Source: an uncultured Prevotellaceae bacterium
Lineage (GTDB): Bacteria; Bacteroidota; Bacteroidia; Bacteroidales; Bacteroidaceae
NCBI GenBank assembly: GCA_946185225.1
Contig: CAMHIM010000001.1
Coordinates: forward strand, 805 to 64,804
Direction: 5' to 3'
Length of the DNA stretch: 64,000 nt
The position numbers were made by a program, and so were the translations under genes. Shown here in pieces: positions 29,016-39,450 of the stretch (position 1 is its first letter; every line of letters begins with the position of its first letter). The notes beneath the pieces were generated by a model, which saw nothing but the letters and a program-made list of their open reading frames with translations, was not told where the DNA came from and did no database searches.

Positions 29016-30527
29016 TTAGCTCCTGAGCTTTAGGAAAGCCTTGGGCAGGAAGTCCACCAAGTCGCTGGCAATGAGACTCTCTTCTCCCAGATTGCGTGCA
29101 GCCAAGTCGCCGGATAGTCCGTGCAGATACATACCAATGATGCATGCCTCCTTTTGGGAATATCCCCGCGCCAGCAGTCCGGTGATTATTCCCGTCAGTA
29201 CGTCGCCGCTGCCTGCGGTAGCCATGCCGGCATTGCCCGTAGAATTGAAGACAACGTGCCCGTCGGGCATACATAGTGCCGAGAAGTGTCCTTTCAGCAA
29301 TACGTAGGCTTGCAGACGTTCTGCCAGATGACGTGCTTTCGACAGACGCTCGAAACTGTCGGCAGAGTGTCCTTCCAGTCGGTCGAACTCCTTGGGGTGG
29401 GGCGTGAGGATGATGCCTTGGGGTAGTTGCTGAATCCATGCCCTGTGGTTGGCCAGCATGTTAATGGCGTCGGCATCGCACACGATGGGACACTGGGTGC
29501 GTCGTATCTGTGCTATCATGGCGACGGCAGACTGTTCTGCCGTACCCAGGCCGGGACCGATGCCCATGGCTTGGCATGTGTCAGTATCTATGGCCTCGGA
29601 GAACATGGTCTCCTCACGGTCTATCTGCAGTACAGCCTCGGGAACGCTGATTTGTAGTATGTTCACATTCTTTTTGGGCGTGCGTATGAGGACTTTTCCC
29701 GTTCCAGCCCGCAGACATGCACGAGCTGTCAGGACGGCTGCCCCAGCCATGCCGTAGCTTCCTGCTACAATGAGTGCCTGTCCCATGGTTCCTTTATGGT
29801 CGAAGGGGTTGCGAGGCTTCAGCAGAGGGGCTACGTCGCTTTCCTCGAGCACGGTGTACTGGGCGTCGGTTTTCTGGATGCCTTCCTTGCTCAGCCTGAT
29901 GTCCAGTACCTGTAATTGTCCGATAATGGACTGGTTCTCGGGAAAGAGGAACGCCAGTTTAGTGTTGCCAAGCGTCAGCGTTACGTCGGCGCGGATGATG
30001 TTGGTACGCACGTTGTAGGTGTTATCCTCGATCATAAGTCCCGAGGGGATGTCAATGCTGACGACTTCTGCCGATGAGGCGTTGATATACTTCACCAGTG
30101 ACGCGAAGCCACCGGCCAGGGGTTTGTTCAGACCAGAGCCGAAGAGCCCGTCCACCACCAGCATGCCTTTCTCCAGATGTGGCGGGTCGAACTCCTGAGT
30201 TACTTCAATGAACTGGCGTGACTTCTTTTCCTGTAGGCGCGCCTTGTTGACGGCACAGTCCGCAGACAGGTGTCCGGTAACGTTAAACAGGTAACTTGTT
30301 ACTTCATAGCCTTGATCCGACAGCATGCGGGCAACCGCCAGCGCATCGCCGCCGTTGTTGCCTGGACCGGCGAAGACAATAACGGGTGTTGTAGAAGGCC
30401 ATCGTTCAGCAATGGACCATGTCAGTGCCTTTGCTGCACGTTCCATCAGGTCGATGGACTTGATGGGCTCATGTTCAATGGTATATTTGTCCAGTTCGCG
30501 AATCTGGGCACTGGTGAAAATTTTCAT
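29016..30527 (-). CDS. nnr: Bifunctional NAD(P)H-hydrate epimerase/dehydratase
   Basis: LMERAA, GPGNNGGD, DGLFGSG, HKGTMG, GIGPGLG, LTPHPKEF and ATAGSGDVLTG. Confidence 0.95.
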   Translation of the reverse strand: MKIFTSAQIRELDKYTIEHEPIKSIDLMERAAKALTWSIAERWPSTTPVIVFAGPGNNGGDALAVARMLSDQGYEVTSYLFNVTGHLSADCAVNKARLQEKKSRQFIEVTQEFDPPHLEKGMLVVDGLFGSGLNKPLAGGFASLVKYINASSAEVVSIDIPSGLMIEDNTYNVRTNIIRADVTLTLGNTKLAFLFPENQSIIGQLQVLDIRLSKEGIQKTDAQYTVLEESDVAPLLKPRNPFDHKGTMGQALIVAGSYGMAGAAVLTARACLRAGTGKVLIRTPKKNVNILQISVPEAVLQIDREETMFSEAIDTDTCQAMGIGPGLGTAEQSAVAMIAQIRRTQCPIVCDADAINMLANHRAWIQQLPQGIILTPHPKEFDRLEGHSADSFERLSKARHLAERLQAYVLLKGHFSALCMPDGHVVFNSTGNAGMATAGSGDVLTGIITGLLARGYSQKEACIIGMYLHGLSGDLAARNLGEESLIASDLVDFLPKAFLKLRS

Positions 30528-30532
30528 AGGTG

Positions 30533-30612
30533 CAAAAGTAAGCATTTCTTCGTTAATTACTCGCTTTTTTTGGAAAAACTTTATGTGTACATTGTTTTTT
30601 ATATTATCTTTG
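30533..30612. promoter_or_regulatory. Divergent sigma-A promoters (nnr / hpt)
   Basis: Minus-strand TACTTTTG at 30540-30533; plus-strand TATCTTTG at 30605-30612. Confidence 0.65.
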
Positions 30613-30640
30613 CACCCGCAAATGTCAAAAGGTCGAATTT

Positions 30641-31180
30641 ATGAGCACCGTAAGAATTCTGGACAAGACGTTCGAGACGTCCATTACCGAAAGTGAGATA
30701 AAGAAGCGCGTGAAGGAACTTGCAGCCCGTCTGAACAAGGACATGGAGGGCAAGAACCCGCTCTTTCTGGCAGTGCTCAACGGGGCGTTCATCTTTGCTG
30801 CCGACCTGCTGCGTGAGATAACCATTCCTTGTGAAATATCCTTTGTGAAGCTGGCCTCCTATCAGGGCACCACTTCAACGGGTAAGGTCAAGGAGGTCCT
30901 CGGTGTCAATGAAAACCTGGCGGGGCGTACGATTGTCATTATCGAGGATATCGTCGAGACCGGACGTACGATGAAACAAATGATAGAGTCGCTGGGTACG
31001 CGTAACCCGGCTTCTGTCCACATCTGTTCACTGTTCGTCAAGCCCGAAAAGGTTGAGGATGAACTGACTATTGACTATGCCGCCTTCTCCATCCCCAACG
31101 ACTTCATCGTCGGCTATGGACTGGATTATGACCAACAGGGGCGTAACCTGCGAGAGATTTATACCTTGGTAAAAGACTAA
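30641..31180 (+). CDS. hpt: Hypoxanthine phosphoribosyltransferase
   Basis: VLNGAFIF, IIEDIVETGRT and FIVGYGLDY. Confidence 0.95.
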   Translation: MSTVRILDKTFETSITESEIKKRVKELAARLNKDMEGKNPLFLAVLNGAFIFAADLLREITIPCEISFVKLASYQGTTSTGKVKEVLGVNENLAGRTIVIIEDIVETGRTMKQMIESLGTRNPASVHICSLFVKPEKVEDELTIDYAAFSIPNDFIVGYGLDYDQQGRNLREIYTLVKD

Positions 31181-31199
31181 TCAACCATCTATAAGACAA

Positions 31200-31772
31200 A
31201 TGAAGAATATTGTTATCTTCGGAGCTCCAGGCTCCGGAAAAGGTACGCAGAGTGACAAGCTCATTGAAAAGTACCACCTGAACCATATCTCCACGGGCGA
31301 TGTGCTGCGTGCCGAGATAAAGAAGGGAACAGAACTGGGAAAGACAGCCCAGCAGTTTATTGATAACGGCCAGCTTATCCCCGATGACCTGATGGTCTCG
31401 ATTCTGGCCTCGGTCTACGATTCCTTCGGACCTGACCATGCAGGAGTTATTTTCGATGGTTTCCCCCGCACAATACCACAAGCCGAAGCCTTGAAGCAGA
31501 TGCTCAGCGAACGGGGGCATCATGTAGCAGCCATGCTGGAACTGGAAGTGCCAGAGGACGAGTTGATGAAGCGCTTGCTACTGCGCGGACAGCAGAGCGG
31601 ACGTGCCGATGACAACGAAGAGACTATCAAGAAACGCCTTGTCGTCTATCACTCCCAGACGCAACCCCTTATTGAGTGGTATAAGCGGGAGGGAATCCAT
31701 CACCACATCAACGGTCTGGGAGACCTTGAGCGCATCTTCGCCGACATCAGCGAAGTGATTGACAACCTCTAG
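31200..31772 (+). CDS. adk: Adenylate kinase
   Basis: GAPGSGKGTQ, HISTGDVLR, FDGFPRT and RADDN. Confidence 0.97.
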   Translation: MKNIVIFGAPGSGKGTQSDKLIEKYHLNHISTGDVLRAEIKKGTELGKTAQQFIDNGQLIPDDLMVSILASVYDSFGPDHAGVIFDGFPRTIPQAEALKQMLSERGHHVAAMLELEVPEDELMKRLLLRGQQSGRADDNEETIKKRLVVYHSQTQPLIEWYKREGIHHHINGLGDLERIFADISEVIDNL

Positions 31773-31799
31773 TCATACTAGAAAATCTAGTCAATCTAG
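31769..31799. repeat. CTAG micro-array with a 9-bp period
   Basis: CTAG at 31769, 31778, 31787 and 31796. Confidence 0.6.
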
Positions 31800-31805
31800 G
31801 AGAAT

Positions 31806-32978
31806 ATGGAGAGCAATTTTGTAGACTACGTGAAAATTCTCTGTCGCTCCGGCAAGGGCGGCAAGGGCTCCATGCACCTGCGTCACGTCAAGTACAACCC
31901 TAACGGGGGACCCGACGGCGGCGACGGCGGCAAGGGGGGAAGCGTCATCCTGCGCGGCAACCATAATTATTGGACGCTGTTGCATCTGAAGTACGAACGC
32001 CACATCTTCGCCGAACATGGCGGAAACGGCGGACGTGACAAGTGTCACGGTACCGACGGCAAGGACGTCTATATTGACGTTCCCTGTGGAACGGTAGTCT
32101 ACAACGCGGAAACAGGAAAGTATGTCTGCGACATCACCTATGACGGGCAGGAGATAGTCCTGCTGAAGGGCGGTCGTGGCGGACTGGGTAATTTCCAGTT
32201 CCGCAGTGCTACTAACCAGGCTCCGCGCTATGCTCAGCCAGGTGAGCCGATGGAGGAGATGACCATCATCCTGGAACTGAAGCTGTTGGCGGATGTCGGT
32301 CTGGTGGGCTTCCCCAATGCGGGCAAGTCGACGCTCGTCTCCTCGCTGTCGAATGCCAAGCCCAAGATAGCCAACTATCCCTTTACAACCATGGAACCCT
32401 CACTTGGCATTGTCGGATACCGTGACAATAAGTCATTTGTTATGGCCGACATTCCCGGCATCATAGAAGGAGCCTCCGAGGGCCGTGGACTGGGTCTGCG
32501 CTTCCTGCGTCATATTGAGCGTAACTCGTTGCTGCTATTCATGGTGCCAGGTGATACCGATGATATTAAGAAAGAATATGAGGTGTTGCTCAACGAGTTG
32601 CGACAGTTCAATCCCGATATGCTTTCCAAGCACCGCGTGCTGGCCGTTACAAAGTGCGACCTGCTGGACGATGAGCTTATGGAAATGCTTCGCGAGACGC
32701 TGCCTCAGGACCTTCCTGTCGTGTTTATCTCGGCTGTCACAGGTTTTGGCCTGGACGAGTTGAAGGATGTGCTCTGGCGCGAACTGAATGCCGAGAGCAA
32801 CAAGCTGCAGACCATTACCGATGAGGATACACTGGTTCACCGCGACAAGGACATGAGTCGTTTCGCCCGCGAACTTCAGGAAGAGGGTGAGGACGAGGAA
32901 ATCGCCATCCTTGACGAGGATGACTTGGAGGATGTTGACGACCTGGAGGATTTTGAATACGAAGATGAAGAAGAGTAA
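31806..32978 (+). CDS. obgE: GTPase ObgE/CgtA
   Basis: [35 protein letters not shown] and TKCD; acidic tail. Confidence 0.97.
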   Translation: MESNFVDYVKILCRSGKGGKGSMHLRHVKYNPNGGPDGGDGGKGGSVILRGNHNYWTLLHLKYERHIFAEHGGNGGRDKCHGTDGKDVYIDVPCGTVVYNAETGKYVCDITYDGQEIVLLKGGRGGLGNFQFRSATNQAPRYAQPGEPMEEMTIILELKLLADVGLVGFPNAGKSTLVSSLSNAKPKIANYPFTTMEPSLGIVGYRDNKSFVMADIPGIIEGASEGRGLGLRFLRHIERNSLLLFMVPGDTDDIKKEYEVLLNELRQFNPDMLSKHRVLAVTKCDLLDDELMEMLRETLPQDLPVVFISAVTGFGLDELKDVLWRELNAESNKLQTITDEDTLVHRDKDMSRFARELQEEGEDEEIAILDEDDLEDVDDLEDFEYEDEEE

Positions 32979-34167
32979 TCCCTTCACGACAATACGATAC
33001 GTGTTGCCGGCATGCCTGTCTGCCCTTGTATTCGTTGCTGTCGCTCAGACGGAGTTTACGGCCCTTGAGCAGCAGAAAATCAATATTGAGACCCCGGGCT
33101 TGTTTGCCTCGTCCGATGTCTTTACCGTTGAGTTCGGGTCCATGCCATCGGCCAACTACAGTTTCCCTCTGCCCGTCGGAACCGCAACGGTGAAGAGTGA
33201 CCTGAGCATGGAGATTACCACCAAGAAGGGCGACGCCGTAAAGGCGATGTTCCCGGGAACGGTGCGCATGTCATGGCTTCATCCGCGATATGGTTATGTT
33301 GTCGTGCTTCGTCACGACAATGGCTTGGAGACGGTCTATGCCCGTAACGCCCAGAACCTGGTGAAGGTGGGCGACCATGTACGTGCCGGACAGACCATTG
33401 CTATCGTTGGTGGTGAGGATGGCCGTGTTTTCTGTGATTTCTCCGTCATGGTCAACGGTGGTCGCATCAATCCCGAGATTATGATTAGCCCCAAGTCTCA
33501 CCGGTTGCTGTCCCAGACGGTTGAGTTCCGGAAGCGAGGCTTCAATGTCGAGGTGACCGTTGTCGACCCTGACCCCTGGAGCGACAAGAACCTGGCCAAG
33601 AAGAATACGGACCGGGGCATAGAGGCGACCGACCCTTTTGCCGGAGGCAGCAAGTTTACGCTATACCTGGACAACATCTCCGATGAAGACTGGTGCTATC
33701 CCCTGCCCGGTGCCAAGGTCATCAGTCCCTTTGGCCAGCGTGGCGGGCGCCGTCACACCGGTGTTGACTTGAAGACCCGTCCCAACGACCCCATTCTGGC
33801 TGCTTTCGGCGGCGTCGTCGTCATGTCACAGCGATACAGCGGCTACGGCAACTGTGTCATACTGAAGCATGCCAACGGTCTGCAGACCCTCTACAGCCAC
33901 AATTCCAAGAATCTGGTGAAGGTGGGCGACCGCGTGCGCGCTGGGCAGAAACTGGCTCTCACGGGACGTACGGGCCGTGCCACCACCGAGCACCTGCACT
34001 TCGAGGTGCGCATCAACGGCCGCCCCTATAATCCTAACATTATTTTCGACCATGCCACCCGTCAGTTGCGTCGCGAACCCGTTACTTTTACTAAGTCCGG
34101 CGGGGTGTCAGCGGGAAAACGTTTGTCAGGGAAAAAGAAAATATCACCGAAGAAGAAAAAAAGATAG
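32965..34167 (+). CDS. M23 family metallopeptidase with two M23 domains
   Basis: Domain 2 has HTGVD and TEHLHFEVR; domain 1 lacks these ligands. Confidence 0.88.
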   Translation: MKKSNPFTTIRYVLPACLSALVFVAVAQTEFTALEQQKINIETPGLFASSDVFTVEFGSMPSANYSFPLPVGTATVKSDLSMEITTKKGDAVKAMFPGTVRMSWLHPRYGYVVVLRHDNGLETVYARNAQNLVKVGDHVRAGQTIAIVGGEDGRVFCDFSVMVNGGRINPEIMISPKSHRLLSQTVEFRKRGFNVEVTVVDPDPWSDKNLAKKNTDRGIEATDPFAGGSKFTLYLDNISDEDWCYPLPGAKVISPFGQRGGRRHTGVDLKTRPNDPILAAFGGVVVMSQRYSGYGNCVILKHANGLQTLYSHNSKNLVKVGDRVRAGQKLALTGRTGRATTEHLHFEVRINGRPYNPNIIFDHATRQLRREPVTFTKSGGVSAGKRLSGKKKISPKKKKR

Positions 34168-34273
34168 TCGAAACAACACTTGTTTCGCTTTTTTTGTTTA
34201 TTTTTGCACCGAAAAAGCAAAAACGGGCAGGTTTATCCTGTCCAAATTATTCATTATTAAACTATAAAACTTT

Positions 34274-37200
34274 ATGCAGAAAAGATTGTTCTTTCTGATT
34301 GCCACGCTGTTAACGCTTTCGCTAACGGCTTTGGCGCAAGTGACAACTTCTGGAATTAGCGGTAAAGTGACAATGAACGATGAGAAGGGTGAGGCCATTA
34401 TCGGTGCCACCGTTCAGGCTGTTCATGGTCCCTCTGGAACCCGCTATGGTGCAGTGACAAATGCAGAAGGCCGATTCACTATCCAGGGTATGCGTGCCGG
34501 CGGTCCCTACACGGTTACCGTCTCATACATCGGCGCACAGACCAAATCCTTCGACAAGATTACACTGGCACTGGGTGAAAACTACAACCTGCCCGTATGG
34601 CTGGCTGACGACACCAAGGTACTGGGTGAAGTAACCGTTATTGGTATGCAGGGTTTGGCTGCTACGCGTAATGGTGCTGCCGAAACCATCAACCTGGCTC
34701 GTTTGAACGAAATTCCGTCCATCTCGCACAGTGTTGCTGACGTGGCACGCATCAACCCCTTCGTTCGTTCGTCAGAAGGTGGTGCCATCTCCATTGCCGG
34801 AGCTAACAACCGTTATAACTCTATCCAGATTGATGGTTCTATGGCCAACGACGTGTTTGGTCTGACGAGTAATGGTGCCAACGGTGGACAGGCTGGTACA
34901 CAGGCCTTCTCCATGGAGACCATCGACCAGTTGCAGGTGAGTGTTGCTCCGTTCGATGTTCGTCAGTCAGGCTTCACGGGCGGTTCTATCAATGCCATCA
35001 CCAAGTCGGGTACCAACGACTTCCACGGAAGCGTCTACGGATATTTCCAGAACGGTGACCTCGTGGGCAACCGCTATGTACTGCATAATGGTGACGACTC
35101 TCAGGACTATGGCAAAATGACCGATTACACCTGGGGTGTTACTTTGGGTGGTCCCATCGTTAAGAACAAGCTGTTCTTCTTTGCTAACTATGAGCGCACC
35201 AATAAGGAATACGACAATTCCTACAGTGCCAAGGGCTCTGAGACACAGGTTGACTGGGATCTCGCAGAGAACCTTCTCAATAATGTAAAGGAGATTGCTG
35301 CCGAACAAGGTGTCAACTACACCGGAACACTGGGTACTCCGAAAGAGTACACCTATTCTGATAAAGTAGGTCTGAAACTCGACTGGAACATCAATGACCG
35401 TCACCACGCTTCACTACGCTGGAGCTTGGTGGACGCACTCAAGAATAATAATACCGCTGGTGCTAAGTCTTTGGTTACCAACGACTATGCTTACGACTTT
35501 GTGTCAAAGGCCAATTCACTTGTGTTCGAACTGCAGAGTCAGTTCAGCGAAAAGTTGAGCAATGAGTTCCACGCCAGCTGGACCAGCGTACGCGACAAGC
35601 GTAACCCCGGCCTCGCCTTCCCAATGATTTCTATCAGTAACGTTGGCGGCGGTACGCTGAACATTGGTAACGAGCGTTCGTCCATGGCTAACGCGCTGAA
35701 CCAGGACATCTACACGCTGACCGACAACCTGACCTGGACGCTGGGTAACCACGCCATAACCTTTGGTACCCATGACGAGCTCTACAGCTTCGGAAACCTG
35801 TTCTGTCAGGACTTCTACGGAACTTATTACTTCAACTCGCCAGATGACTTCATGCAGGGCAATATCAACCGCTTCCGCCTGGGACGTGGTATTACTGCCG
35901 TTGCCGGCAAGGAGCGTTGGAACTCGCCCTTCAAGGCTGCCCAGCTGGGCTTCTATGTCCAGGACAAGTGGGAAGTGACTGACCGCTTCCAGCTGACCTA
36001 TGGTCTGCGTATCGACATGCCGATGCTGCTGGACACTCCGCTGGAGAATAAGGAGTTCAATGACTGGGCTGCAGGGCAGGGCTATGACTTCAAAACCAAC
36101 CAGAAGCTGGCCGTGAAGCCGATGTGGTCGCCGCGTCTCGGCTTCCGTTATGATATTCTCGGCAATCGTGCTGTTGTCCTGCGCGGTGGTGTCGGTATCT
36201 TCACCGGACGTATCCCCTTCGTGTGGATTTCGAACAACTTCTCTAACACAGGTGTCGCGCAGTTCAATTATGATACTGGTTCTGGCCGTGGCGGCGACAA
36301 GACGTTCCTTGTCAATCAGGAGACCATTATGCAGAACGTTCCTGCCAACTCTCAGGGTGCTCCTGCCTTTGCTGCTCAGACTATTAACGTGTTCAATAAG
36401 AACTTCAAGTTCGGTCAGCAGCTCCGTGCCGACCTCGCTGTCGACGTGACGGGTCCCTTCGGCATCAAATGGACGGTGGAGGGAATCTACTCTAAGACAT
36501 TGAACGACATTATCGTGAAGAAGCTGAATATTGAGCCCACGGGCCAGACCTGGGGCGAGACTTATGACTTCGACTTTGACAACCGTCCCATGTTCTCAAA
36601 GATGCAAGGTGTTGCCAATGTTCTCTATCTTGACAATGTCTCGAAGGGTTACTCCTACAATGTCGCTGTGAAGGCCGAGAAGTCGTTCGACTTTGGTCTT
36701 GACCTGATGGCCAGCTACACCTATGGTAAGTCCAAGTCTGTGAACAACGGTTCTTCTTCAGTGGCTGCCTCTAACTTCCAGTACAATTATACACACAAGG
36801 ACCCGAACGCTGCTGAGGTGGAGACGTCCAACTTCGACGTGCCTCATCAGGTGATGGTTTCTGCCTATCAGCACATCAACTGGAACAGGAACCCCGGCCG
36901 TACCTTTGACAACAAGACCACCATCGGTCTTATCTATACAGGTAACTCTGGTGCTCCCTATTCAATCTATACCTATGGCGATATGAATGGTGACGGTGTT
37001 AACAACGACCTGATGTTCATCCCGACCGATGCTCAGATTGACCAGCTCCTTGCTGCCGGACACTTCCCCAAGAAGAACGGCATTGAGCCCGCCGACCAGG
37101 CAGCCAACTTCAAGCAGTGGATTGCCGGTGACGAGTATCTGTCCGCACACCGTGGCGAGTTCTGTGAGCGTAACGGTGCCTACGAGGACTGGGAGAACCG

Positions 37201-37474
37201 TCTCGACCTGCACTTCGACCACAAGTTCGGATTCAAGGTGGGTAAGGAGATTCGCTATCTGCAGATTGGTCTTGACATCATCAACTTCACCAATATGCTG
37301 AACAAGAAGTGGGGTGCTACCATGTCTCAGGGCGGTTACAACTACTACAGTCCGCTGACTATCACCAATAGAGGCCAGTATCAGTTCCTGCAGAAGGGCG
37401 ACTACGACATGCGTTCCTACAGCGACTACTACAGCCGCTGGCGTATGCAGCTCAGTGCTAAACTGACATTCTAA
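34274..37474 (+). CDS. Oar-like TonB-dependent receptor with carboxypeptidase-regulatory-like N-domain
   Basis: AVHGPSGTRYG; NDVFGL; APFDVRQSGFTGGSINAITKSGTNDFHGS; SPRLGF; C-terminal Phe; TATTTTTG promoter at 34199. Confidence 0.9.
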   Translation: MQKRLFFLIATLLTLSLTALAQVTTSGISGKVTMNDEKGEAIIGATVQAVHGPSGTRYGAVTNAEGRFTIQGMRAGGPYTVTVSYIGAQTKSFDKITLALGENYNLPVWLADDTKVLGEVTVIGMQGLAATRNGAAETINLARLNEIPSISHSVADVARINPFVRSSEGGAISIAGANNRYNSIQIDGSMANDVFGLTSNGANGGQAGTQAFSMETIDQLQVSVAPFDVRQSGFTGGSINAITKSGTNDFHGSVYGYFQNGDLVGNRYVLHNGDDSQDYGKMTDYTWGVTLGGPIVKNKLFFFANYERTNKEYDNSYSAKGSETQVDWDLAENLLNNVKEIAAEQGVNYTGTLGTPKEYTYSDKVGLKLDWNINDRHHASLRWSLVDALKNNNTAGAKSLVTNDYAYDFVSKANSLVFELQSQFSEKLSNEFHASWTSVRDKRNPGLAFPMISISNVGGGTLNIGNERSSMANALNQDIYTLTDNLTWTLGNHAITFGTHDELYSFGNLFCQDFYGTYYFNSPDDFMQGNINRFRLGRGITAVAGKERWNSPFKAAQLGFYVQDKWEVTDRFQLTYGLRIDMPMLLDTPLENKEFNDWAAGQGYDFKTNQKLAVKPMWSPRLGFRYDILGNRAVVLRGGVGIFTGRIPFVWISNNFSNTGVAQFNYDTGSGRGGDKTFLVNQETIMQNVPANSQGAPAFAAQTINVFNKNFKFGQQLRADLAVDVTGPFGIKWTVEGIYSKTLNDIIVKKLNIEPTGQTWGETYDFDFDNRPMFSKMQGVANVLYLDNVSKGYSYNVAVKAEKSFDFGLDLMASYTYGKSKSVNNGSSSVAASNFQYNYTHKDPNAAEVETSNFDVPHQVMVSAYQHINWNRNPGRTFDNKTTIGLIYTGNSGAPYSIYTYGDMNGDGVNNDLMFIPTDAQIDQLLAAGHFPKKNGIEPADQAANFKQWIAGDEYLSAHRGEFCERNGAYEDWENRLDLHFDHKFGFKVGKEIRYLQIGLDIINFTNMLNKKWGATMSQGGYNYYSPLTITNRGQYQFLQKGDYDMRSYSDYYSRWRMQLSAKLTF

Positions 37475-37510
37475 TTGAAGAAGTTACTGAATCAATAAAA
37501 AACAAAGAAT

Positions 37511-38545
37511 ATGAAGAAGACAATTATAGTTGCATTGACAGCATTCTTTGCCTTGTCGGCCAGCGCTCAGACCAAGTGCGAGGGTCAGGGATGTACTCCT
37601 TACTGGTACGTCCAGGCACAGGGCGGCATCCAGTGGCCTTACACCGACGGAAAGTTCAGTGAACTGATTTCTCCTGTGTTCGGTCTGAACATCGGTCGCC
37701 AGATTAACCCGTTGGTGGGTGTGCGTCTCGGCGTTGAGGGCTGGAACTCCAAGGTGCAGGACCAGTTCGATGAGAATGTATATAATAAGTACAAGTACTA
37801 CACGACCAGTTTTGACGCTACGCTGAACATGGTGAACCTCTTCACCAAGAAGTGCTGCAATCCCGTGAACTTCTACTTGCTCGGCGGCGTTGGCTACAAC
37901 TGGTCCGAGGCAACGCTGACCAGTTCGACATGGTTTGCTCCTGCCGTTCGTGTTGGCGCTATACTGGAAGCCAACCTGAGCAAGAACGTCAGCCTGTCTC
38001 TGGAGCATCGTATGACCAACACTTCCACTCAGTGGAACGGACGTTTGGACGACGGACAGCACGACTGGTATGCATGCACGATGCTGGGCCTTACGTTCAA
38101 GTTCGGTCATAAGAAGGTTAAGCCCGCTCCTGTTCCGGAGCCTGCTCCTGTAGTGGAGGAGCCCGCTCCTGCTCCCGCACCCGTCGTGGTTGAGGAGAAG
38201 AAGCCCGAGCCCGCTCCTGTTGTCAAGGAGGAGCCGCTGAAGGAGACGCTGTATTACTCCATCCGTGAGTCTGATCCCGATCCTGAGACTATTCTTGACA
38301 AAGTGGCTGAGTGGTGCAAGAAGTATCCTTCGAAGAAGATTTCCATCAACGGCTATGCTGACAAGGGCACTGGTAACGCCAAGGTTAATGCTAAGTTTGC
38401 ACAGGAGCGTGCCGAGAAGGCTGCCAAGGGACTTCAGGACCGTGGCATTGCTGCCGACCGCATGCTGGTGAACTCCTTCGGTGACACCGTACAGCCGTTC
38501 TCAGAGAACGACCGCAACCGTTGCGTTATCATTATCGGTGAGTGA
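37511..38545 (+). CDS. OmpA family protein
   Basis: N-terminal beta-barrel, Pro/Ala-rich linker, and GYADKGTG..N..AQERA..NRCVII peptidoglycan-binding domain. Confidence 0.92.
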   Translation: MKKTIIVALTAFFALSASAQTKCEGQGCTPYWYVQAQGGIQWPYTDGKFSELISPVFGLNIGRQINPLVGVRLGVEGWNSKVQDQFDENVYNKYKYYTTSFDATLNMVNLFTKKCCNPVNFYLLGGVGYNWSEATLTSSTWFAPAVRVGAILEANLSKNVSLSLEHRMTNTSTQWNGRLDDGQHDWYACTMLGLTFKFGHKKVKPAPVPEPAPVVEEPAPAPAPVVVEEKKPEPAPVVKEEPLKETLYYSIRESDPDPETILDKVAEWCKKYPSKKISINGYADKGTGNAKVNAKFAQERAEKAAKGLQDRGIAADRMLVNSFGDTVQPFSENDRNRCVIIIGE

Positions 38546-38571
38546 TAGTTTATCTTAGAAAACGTTTTATT

Positions 38572-38608
38572 CCCGGCCTCCCTCTCTGCAGGAAGGCCGG
38601 GCTTTTTT
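38572..38608 (+). terminator. Intrinsic terminator of ompA
   Basis: CCCGGCCT / AGGCCGGG followed by CTTTTTT. Confidence 0.85.
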
Positions 38609-38666
38609 GTCCGCACCATGGCCGGACAGGTGACGCCCGCTGACGGCTGGGATGCCTGACCCGCAA
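38603..38666 (+). repeat. 64-bp direct repeat, left copy
   Basis: 62/64 identical to 39451-39514. Confidence 0.95.
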
Positions 38667-38698
38667 TATCGGTGAGTAATCCTTTTTCTTCCAAAATA

Positions 38699-38730
38699 TT
38701 TGGCGGTTCGCACGAAACTTGTTATCTTTG
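38699..38730 (+). promoter_or_regulatory. Sigma-A promoter of the MNT-HEPN cassette
   Basis: TTTG-N20-TATCTTTG consensus; ATG 8 nt downstream. Confidence 0.75.
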
Positions 38731-38738
38731 GAGCGGAT

Positions 38739-39053
38739 ATGAGAAGTGAGGATATAATAGAAAGTATTAAACGGGTGGCAGAGCATACACTTCCGAAGAA
38801 CAGCAGTTTGCTGCTCTATGGCTCACGTGCCCGTGGCGATAACCATAAAGACTCTGACTGGGACCTGCTGATTCTGATAGACAAACCTGCTCTTGAAGCA
38901 AAGGACTATGCTATTGCTTACCCTTTCCGTGAATTGGGCTGGGAAATTGGTGTGGAAGTGAATCCGTCTCTATATACAAAATCTCAATGGGAGTCATGGT
39001 CTTATCTTCCGTATTATAAAAATGTTGAACGAGACAAGGTGGTGCTAGTATGA
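38739..39053 (+). CDS. Minimal nucleotidyltransferase (MNT) antitoxin
   Basis: LYGSRARGDNHKDSDWDLLIL (GS-x10-DxD), about 104 aa. Confidence 0.9.
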   Translation: MRSEDIIESIKRVAEHTLPKNSSLLLYGSRARGDNHKDSDWDLLILIDKPALEAKDYAIAYPFRELGWEIGVEVNPSLYTKSQWESWSYLPYYKNVERDKVVLV

Positions 39054-39445
39054 GTTTGAATGATGAAGAACGTAAAGTCCTCGTTGAGTTAGAGTACGAA
39101 AAAGCATGTGCTACATTCCGCAATGTGGAGGAGTATAAGACGTTGGGGCATTGGGATACAATAGCGAACCGGCTGTATTATGCTGTCTTTCATGCTGTAA
39201 GTGCATTACTGATTCATGATGCACATCCAGTAAACACTCATAAAGGTGTGATTGCCCTCTTTGGCAATTATTATATTCGAACGGGTATTTTGCCGGCAGA
39301 AGCAGGCCGTTTGTACTCTGATCTCCAAATGATAAGAAACAATAGTGATTATAATTGTTCCTATGATGCGACGGCTCAGGAGATTGTCCCCATGATAGAA
39401 CCGACAAAGTTGCTAATTGAAAGAATCGGCGAGTTGATAAGGTAA
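39050..39445 (+). CDS. HEPN domain protein (UPF0332-like), putative toxin
   Basis: ANRLYYAVFHA, THKG and R-NNSD-Y; 4-nt overlap with the MNT gene. Confidence 0.9.
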   Translation: MSLNDEERKVLVELEYEKACATFRNVEEYKTLGHWDTIANRLYYAVFHAVSALLIHDAHPVNTHKGVIALFGNYYIRTGILPAEAGRLYSDLQMIRNNSDYNCSYDATAQEIVPMIEPTKLLIERIGELIR

Positions 39446-39450
39446 TCCTT

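Noticed and set aside
28948-29439. N-terminal extensions in the ORF track for DUF4831, nadK, the esterase, the GH43_C2 protein and M23
   Set aside because: They overlap neighbouring genes or promoters; downstream ATGs give proper signal peptides or family starts.
32860-32978. Highly acidic ObgE C-terminal tail
   Set aside because: Acidic disordered tails are an expected feature of ObgE.
38120-38240. CCCGCTCCT repeats in ompA and GGC repeats at the end of DUF2207 (45715-45787)
   Set aside because: These are ordinary low-complexity Pro/Ala linker and Gly-rich tail sequences typical of those families.
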